A stretch of DNA of 64,000 nucleotides from Candidatus Micrarchaeota archaeon (GTDB lineage: Archaea > Micrarchaeota > Micrarchaeia > Norongarragalinales > SBBD01), in NCBI GenBank assembly GCA_016212475.1, contig JACRGC010000016.1, positions 9,824-73,823 on the forward strand, read 5' to 3'. The notes beneath the pieces are model-generated. The model made no database searches. It saw nothing but the letters and a program-made list of their open reading frames with translations, and was not told where the DNA came from. Within the stretch, counting starts at the first letter, position 1. Each line of letters begins with the position of its first letter. The position numbers and the translations under genes are program-made. Below, one piece after another: positions 57,618 through 64,000 of the stretch.

Positions 57618-58664
57618 ATGAATATGGCGAATTTAGGAATTAAAAATGAAATCGGAGCACCCGAACACAGCCTCCGAAATCCTTATACCTTGTTTTCAAA
57701 CAAATTAATGCGTTTTCAAGAAATGGGGCAGGAAACCATGGAGTTGCATCTTTCAGACCTACCAGGGGAATTTATAGTAAAGCTTAGTGATCAAGGCAGA
57801 AGCTTGCTGTTTTTCGACCTTGATTCTAATCTAGCACCATCAAAATTAGGAATTTCAAGGTCATTTTTTTATCATCTAAAAAACAATCGGCATGGATTTC
57901 GGCTTTCTACACTTAAAAGATTTGCAGAATATAAAAAAATACCATTAAACGAATTCGAGCCCTTTGTTTCCTGTCTTATTTCTAATCGTGGTGGAAGGGT
58001 GTGTTTTATTTTTCCAATAAAAGAATCAGCATCCTTAGCAAGGCTTGTTGGGCACTGCTTTGGCGATGGTAATATAAGTTCAAAAAAGGGCGAATTTGAT
58101 TATGTCAATTGTGATTTGGGGCTAATTGATGAGGTAACCCGAGAAGTTAATTTTCTTTTCAATTCCAAGCCCACGTACAGTGGCCATAATCCGGATGGGT
58201 CCTATAAGATTACTTTTTCTAATTTGGTTGGAAAAATACTTGAGCTTGCAGGCGCTCCAAGGGGGGGCAAAGTTCATTATAAGGGTTCTTTGCCAAATTG
58301 GATAATGCATGGTTCGCTTGAAATAAAAAAAGCATTTCTTCAATCACTATTCGATGATGATGGCTCTGCACTATATTCCGAAAATTACAGGGCAAAAAAT
58401 GTAAACCTCCATTTTACCCGGGTGTTGGTTAATGACTCGTTTTTTGTTAATTATCTTCAAGACATTCGTGTTTTGCTTAATGCTTTTGGGATACGCTCAA
58501 CAAACCCCTATATTGCGCGGCGATATTTTGTTCAAAATTCCGAAAGGATAGTAAGGGGAATTTTGATTTCAAGAAAGTCCGGAATAACTGCCTTTCACGA
58601 CTCAATAAATTTTACCCAATTAATAAAAAAGAATAGGTTGGAACGGATCATTAAAAAGGGGTGA
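57618..58664 (+). mobile_element. Free-standing double-motif LAGLIDADG homing-endonuclease-like gene between carA and carB
   Basis: Two LAGLIDADG motifs ~100 aa apart: LARLVGHCFGDGNIS and KKAFLQSLFDDDGSA. N-terminal HTH-like region. It has its own ATG and stop, so it is not in frame with carA or carB and is not an intein. Visibly more A/T-rich than the car genes. Confidence 0.8.
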
Positions 58665-58668
58665 TAAT

Positions 58669-61600
58669 TTGCTAAAGGACAAAATCAAAAAAGTATTGGT
58701 AATAGGCAGCGGCCCCATAGTAATCGGTCAGGCAGCCGAACCCAAATAAGCTTGCTTATTTGGCGGAAATTCGACTACTCAGGGACGCAATGCTGCAAAG
58801 CGCTGAAGGAAGAAGGCATAGATATCATATTGGTAAACAGCAACCCCGCAACCATCCAAACGGATTTCGAATTTGCGGATAGGATTTACATAGAGCCCCT
58901 AACCGTTGAAACCATAACAAGAATAATTGAAATTGAAAAACCTCAGGCAGTAATTGCAACAATGGCCGGCCAAACCGGCCTTAATTTGGCAACAAAGCTA
59001 AAATCCACGTTTCAATTGCATGGCGTTGCCGTTCTTGGCACATCAATTGAAACTATCGAACTGGCTGAAGATCGCGAAAAGTTTGCCCAGCTTATGGAAA
59101 AAATAAATGAGCCTATTCCCAAAAGCATGCGTGCAACAAACCTTGAGGACGCAAAAAAAGCGCTTTCTTTGCTTGGGCTTCCATTGATCGTACGGGCGGA
59201 TTTTGCCCTTGGCGGCGCAGGCTCATCAATTGTAAGATTGGAGGAAAATTTCATTTCGGCTGTTGAAACCGCATTAAATTCTTCCGGGACAAGTTCATGC
59301 CTGATTGAAAAATCCGTTGAAGGCCTATCCGAACTCGAATACGAGGTCATTCGCGATTCAAATGACAATTGCATAACAATTTGCAACATGGAAAATATCG
59401 ACCCCATGGGCGTGCATACCGGCGAGAGCATTGTAGTTGCGCCCTCCCAAACCCTAACCGACAAGGAATACCACATGCTCCGTGCCGCCGCAATCCGCGT
59501 TATCCGCGCGCTTGATGTGAGGGGCGCTTGCAACATCCAATTCGCGCTTGATCAGCAAAACGGAAAATACTACATCATAGAAGTAAACCCAAGGACCTCC
59601 AGATCATCCGCGCTTGCCTCGAAGGCAACCGGCTACCCAATTGCTTGGGTTTCGACTAAAATCGCCCTTGGCTACCAATTGCATGAAATCCCAAACAAGA
59701 TCACGGGAAAATCAGCAGCATTTGAGCCTGCGCTTGATTATTGCGTTGTTAAGATGCCAAAATGGCCATTCGACAAGCTCTATTCGCAAAAAATACTTGG
59801 GACGCAGATGAAATCCACCGGCGAAGTGATGGCAATTGGCAGGACTTTCGAAGAGGCGCTCCAAAAAGCGATTCATTCCCTTGAGCTAAAGCAAAAAATA
59901 GAATTTGATTTCACATCCCAAACCGCAATCGAAAAATCCCTATTGCCAAATGAGCTGAGGCTGTTTGCAATAAAGGACATATTGCGCCAAAAAATGCTAA
60001 CCGTCGATGAAATTTCCCGCATCTCGAAAATCCACAAATGGTTCATAGCAAAAATCGATGGAATCGTTGCAATGGAATCGCAAATAGAAAAAATAGATGT
60101 AACCAATTCCAAAACAGCCCCAATTCTTCTTGAGGCAAAAAGAATGGGCTTTTCCGACAACCAAATTTCCTTCAAATCCGCCCTATCCAACGATGCAATT
60201 TCACATTTCAAGGCAAGGAATTCGATTGCCCCGACCTACAAAATGGTTGACACGTGCTCTGGCGAATTCGAAGCGCTTACCCCTTATTATTATTCCACAT
60301 TCGAGCAGGAGGACGAATCGCATCTTCTAAGGGGCTCTTCAAAAAAGAAAGTGGTCATACTTGGATCCGGGCCCATTCGGATCGGGCAGGGAATCGAATT
60401 TGACTATTGCACAGTCCACGCGGTCCTTGCGCTAAAAGAACTGGGGTACGAATCAATAATCATAAACAGCAACCCCGAAACCGTATCAACTGATTTTGAT
60501 GTCTCTTCAAAGCTTTATTTCGAGCCTTTAACTGCAGAAAATGTTTTGGATGTGATAAAAAAGGAAGGGGAAATAGAAGGGGTTGTGGTGCAATTCGGCG
60601 GGCAAACCTCCGTCAACCTTTCAATCCCTCTTGAAAACAACGGCGTAAAAATACTTGGCACCTCGGTTGCCTCAATTGACGCTTCCCAAAACCGCAAAAA
60701 ATTCAAAGCGCTGATGGGCAGGCTAAAAATTCCCCTGGTGGAAAGCGGGGTTGCATTCTCAAAAGAAGAAGCGCTTGAAATTGCAAGGTCGATTTCCTAT
60801 CCCCTCCTGATCCGGCCCTCGTACGTGCTTGGCGGAAGGGCAATGGAAATTGTCTACACGGAAAAGCAGCTCCTCAAAAAAATAGACGAGGCGATATTCA
60901 TTTCCGGCTCTTATGCGATCATCATGGATAGGTTCCTTGAGGATGCAGTTGAAGTGGATGTTGATGCCCTAAGCGATGGCGAAAAGGTAAAACTTGCCGG
61001 AATCATGGAGCAAATCGAGGAAGCCGGGATACATTCCGGCGATTCAAGCTGCGTGACTCCTGCAATTGGGTTTTCCGATATTGCAATTAAAAAAATCCGC
61101 GACTACACAAAAAGGATCCTCCTTGAGCTTCAAATAATTGGCCTAGCAAACATCCAAATGGCAATCAAGGGCGATGATGTGTATGTTTTGGAGGTAAATC
61201 CAAGGGCCAGCAGGACCGTTCCATACCTAAGCAAGGCAATGGGCGTTCCGATTGCAAAAATCGCCTCAGCTTTGCAGGTTGGGAAAAAATTAACCGATTA
61301 TTTCGATTCATTTGAAAAAGAACTGATACCAAAGCACGGCTATTTTGCAGTCAAATCGCCGGTTTTCCCATTCATCAAGTTCAGGGATGTTGATCCGATC
61401 CTATCCCCAGAAATGAAAAGCACCGGCGAAGTGATGGGGATTGCAAAAACCTTCGAGGAAGCCTACCTTAAGGCGCAACTAGCTGCCGGCAACAAATTCG
61501 GGAGCACGGTATTCCTTGGCTCTTGCGGCAAATGGAAAAAAATTCTTGCCGACAAGTTCAAGAAAGCAGGCATTCAAATATTTGATTCGGATAAGATTTC

Positions 61601-61847
61601 CGAAAAAGACGCCCTTTTGATGGTTAAGCAAAACAAAATCTCCTTCCTGATCGATGGGATCAAGGGATCCGCCAAATCGGAAGAGGAAATCCGGCCAACC
61701 GAAGCTATCCGCAAATCCGCAGTCCAGTTCAGGCTTCCGGTAATCAGCAGCTATTTTGCAGCCCTTAAAATTGCGGATTCGCTTGAAAAAACCAAAGGCA
61801 GGAACGGCAAATTGTTTGCGCCAGTTGCCTTAAACGAGCTTGCATGA
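58669..61847 (+). CDS. carB: Carbamoyl-phosphate synthase large subunit, reading frame interrupted by a 29-nt insert
   Basis: 58669-58740 encodes [23 protein letters not shown]. From 58770 onward, in a different frame, it encodes FDYSGTQCCKALKEEGIDIILVNSNPATIQTD... and the rest of a full two-lobe CarB. Joined, the two parts match the conserved CarB N-terminus. Confidence 0.88.
58741..58769 (+). other. 29-nt hairpin insert splitting carB (mini-intron, bypass element or inactivating insertion)
   Basis: The insert is CCCAAATAAGCTTGCTTATTTGGCGGAAA. It has a perfect 9-bp stem, CCAAATAAG/CTTATTTGG, with a CUUG loop. It carries an in-frame TAA at 58747-58749. Confidence 0.8.
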
Positions 61848-61886
61848 TTCAAAACCTATTTTAAACTTCATCAACAACAAACTGCC

Positions 61887-62285
61887 ATGCCTGAAGGGAT
61901 CGTTGAATATTTCCACCATTTTGTTGAAAAGAAAATAGCACTTGGCGATTTTCAAATCACTATTAAAAATCCCATTCACATGCCTGGAAAAAGCATAGTT
62001 GCAGTGGAATTTGCTAATTCCCCAAATCTGATTTCGGAGTTAAGGAACCTCAAATTCAAGGAATATTCCGACAATGGGAATGAAATTTTATTGAAAAATG
62101 GAAATCACGATGTTGCAATTTACCGGCACGAATACAAAGCGGCAATTTACAGGGTTGTGGATTTTGACAAATTGCATGAAACAGTTGATAAAATAAAATC
62201 CATTCTATTGAAAGATTTCAATCTAAGAACCAATCAAACCCCCCTGATTATCCGTTACAACGGAACTCCTTTTTACAAAAAATAG
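61887..62285 (+). CDS. Hypothetical protein
   Basis: 132-aa ORF with an ATG start. I recognise no motif. Confidence 0.5.
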   Translation: MPEGIVEYFHHFVEKKIALGDFQITIKNPIHMPGKSIVAVEFANSPNLISELRNLKFKEYSDNGNEILLKNGNHDVAIYRHEYKAAIYRVVDFDKLHETVDKIKSILLKDFNLRTNQTPLIIRYNGTPFYKK

Positions 62286-62289
62286 CAAT

Positions 62290-63387
62290 TTAATGTTCAA
62301 AAAACTTATTCCTGTTGCTAAGCTTTTCAATTCCGTTCTTTTTTACTACAACATCATCTTCCAGCCGAACTCCCCCAACTCCTTTGACATAAACCCCAGG
62401 TTCGACTGTCAAAACCATGTTTTCCTTAAGTTCGAAGCTCTCTCCTCCAAGCCCTTTTCCATCATGCACTTGCAAACCAATCGTGTGCCCGGTTGCATGT
62501 ATGAATTTTCCCTTGAATTCTGTTCTATCGATGAATTCCTTTACAGCTGCGTGCACTTTCCCAGCGTCAATCCCTTCAACCATCAAATCAAACCCTACTT
62601 CCTGCGCATCCTTGACAACTTCTAGCATCCTCTGCTGCGGCTTGCTCATTTTCCCAAAAACAAACGCCCTAGTCATATCCGAGCAATATCTTTGCGATTT
62701 TGCGCCCCAATCAATCAAAACCATCTCATTTGCTTTAAGTTTTGCATTTCCCGCGGAATAATGAGGCTCCGCAGCATTTTTCCCAAATGCCACTATTGAT
62801 GGAAAGGAAGCGGTTCCGCCAAGTTTTTGCATCTCATATCCAATTTCAGCTGCAACATCAATTTCCATTGCGCCAATTCTTACAATCCTGTTGTCGATTA
62901 TCCTCTCAAATGCCTTTTCAGCTATTTCAACTGCCCTTTTGATCCTCTTGATTTCGATTTCATCCTTAACCGCCTTGACTTCCCGCATCTCCTTGCTAAT
63001 GTCAACAAACTTCAAATGCGAAAATTCCTTTTTTAGCCTATCCAAACTCGCAACACTAAGCGCAGAATAATCAATTCCCAATTTTCCAACTCCCTTTAAT
63101 TCTTTTTTCATAAGTTCCAAATACTCCTTTGCGCCGCTATAAATGTGCAAATCGTTTTGAAGCTTATTTTGCGAATTTTCCCGGCTGGCAGTATTTCCTT
63201 CCAGCTGTGGAACTATTGCCGAGCAATTACCATCCGGGAATGCAACGGCTACCGATCCTTCAAAAGACCCTCCGATAAATCCGGTTGCATAGAAAAACGA
63301 ATAGTCGCGGACAGCTGCGTAACTGAAAAGCGCCGCATCGCATTTCCCATCGATTTCAGAAAATATCCTCCTGATTCTTGATTTCAT
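62290..63387 (-). CDS. M24-family Xaa-Pro aminopeptidase/dipeptidase
   Basis: Pita-bread fold metal ligands: DWGAKSQRYCSDMTR, HATGHTIGLQVHD, LTVEPGVY and VRLEDDV. Confidence 0.88.
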   Translation of the reverse strand: MKSRIRRIFSEIDGKCDAALFSYAAVRDYSFFYATGFIGGSFEGSVAVAFPDGNCSAIVPQLEGNTASRENSQNKLQNDLHIYSGAKEYLELMKKELKGVGKLGIDYSALSVASLDRLKKEFSHLKFVDISKEMREVKAVKDEIEIKRIKRAVEIAEKAFERIIDNRIVRIGAMEIDVAAEIGYEMQKLGGTASFPSIVAFGKNAAEPHYSAGNAKLKANEMVLIDWGAKSQRYCSDMTRAFVFGKMSKPQQRMLEVVKDAQEVGFDLMVEGIDAGKVHAAVKEFIDRTEFKGKFIHATGHTIGLQVHDGKGLGGESFELKENMVLTVEPGVYVKGVGGVRLEDDVVVKKNGIEKLSNRNKFFEH

Positions 63388-63402
63388 TGAATTTTCACCG
63401 CT

Positions 63403-64000
63403 CTAAGCCGCTTTCCAGCCAACAGATCCATCCTTGTTGTCCTCGAGCAAAATTCCCTTCCCCTTCAGTTCATTCCTTATGGCATCCGCATGCTTGAAAT
63501 CCTTCTTTGCTTTGGCGTGTTGCCTCTCATCGATCAATTCCTTGATTTCAGCTTCTGAAATAGCCCCCTTTTCATTTTTCTTTGCACTCTTATTCAGCAG
63601 CCCCAAAACATTTGCAAGTTCCTTCAAAACCAAATGGATTTCAACCAATCTCTTCCCATCCGCATTTGCTTCCAGCTCTTTGAACGCATAGTCCCTAATT
63701 CCAAACAGCACTGAAATTGCCTCCGGCGTATTGATGTCATTTTCCATGGCTGAAATGAATTTTTCCCTGAATTGGATCAAATCCGCATCCGATATTTTTG
63801 CTTTATTAAAATTGTTCAACTTCTTTTTCTCAATTTTTCCCTCATTTTCCCTTCCATCCCCTTTTTCCTTTCGATCGTAAATTTCCTCCAACTTTTGCGC
63901 TCCTATTTTTTGCTCCAGCCTCCAAGCGGCATTTTTCAGGCTCTCAAAGCTTTCAGTGGAATTTTTCAGCGCCAATTCCGAATAATCAAGCGGCTGCCTG
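63403..64000 (-). CDS. cysS: Cysteine--tRNA ligase, C-terminal part (gene runs off the window)
   Basis: AMENDINTPEAISVLF and the C-terminal LIDERQHAKAKKDFKHADAIRNELKGKGILLEDNKDGSVGW are typical of CysRS. The frame stays open to position 64000. Confidence 0.85.
   Translation of the reverse strand, partial: RQPLDYSELALKNSTESFESLKNAAWRLEQKIGAQKLEEIYDRKEKGDGRENEGKIEKKKLNNFNKAKISDADLIQFREKFISAMENDINTPEAISVLFGIRDYAFKELEANADGKRLVEIHLVLKELANVLGLLNKSAKKNEKGAISEAEIKELIDERQHAKAKKDFKHADAIRNELKGKGILLEDNKDGSVGWKAA

Noticed and set aside
58686-58693. An A-rich run (CAAAAAAG) near the carB start, considered as a dnaX-like -1 frameshift site that might explain the frame change.
   Set aside because: The heptamer is not in the correct phase for the carB frame. 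Shifting there would also destroy the conserved [16 protein letters not shown] segment. The frame change must occur between 58740 and 58770.
1-64000. A scan for CRISPR arrays, rRNA genes, IS transposases, integrases and prophage genes.
   Set aside because: I saw no regularly spaced short direct repeats, no rRNA-like conserved blocks, and no DDE or tyrosine-recombinase motifs. The only mobile-type gene is the LAGLIDADG ORF.

Overview
This looks like an archaeal chromosomal fragment. The evidence is PolD DP1/DP2, Kae1, Elp3, an EndA splicing endonuclease, an intron-containing tRNA and TATA-like promoters. Small tightly packed genes and a giant surface protein suggest a DPANN-type lineage, but that is inference. 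I support about 50 CDS, one intron-containing tRNA-Thr and one SRP-RNA-like ncRNA. I saw no rRNA, CRISPR array or transposase. Housekeeping genes are purD, carA/carB, cysS (partial), glmM-like, dCMP deaminase, an M24 peptidase and an Lhr helicase with its MPE phosphoesterase. Accessory content is two toxin-antitoxin pairs, two DUF5678-like plus retropepsin-like modules, two FlaI/VirB11-type ATPases, and S-layer-like proteins. The main leads are as follows. (1) A ~4260-aa sequon-rich surface protein is joined through one TM helix to a cytoplasmic HerA/DUF87-type ATPase, and a coiled-coil gene follows 17-20 nt downstream. (2) carB is interrupted inside the codons of its conserved GQAxEFDYSG motif by a 29-nt hairpin insert, 76 nt downstream of a free-standing LAGLIDADG gene wedged between carA and carB. 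(3) An RNA-processing theme runs through the window: a multi-unit EndA, a 60-nt tRNA intron, an atypical SRP RNA layout and a duplicated endA 3' end. (4) A four-gene operon carries duplicated GNAT-like genes around an ATP-grasp-like gene. All family calls rest on motifs read by eye and recalled consensus; no searches were run.
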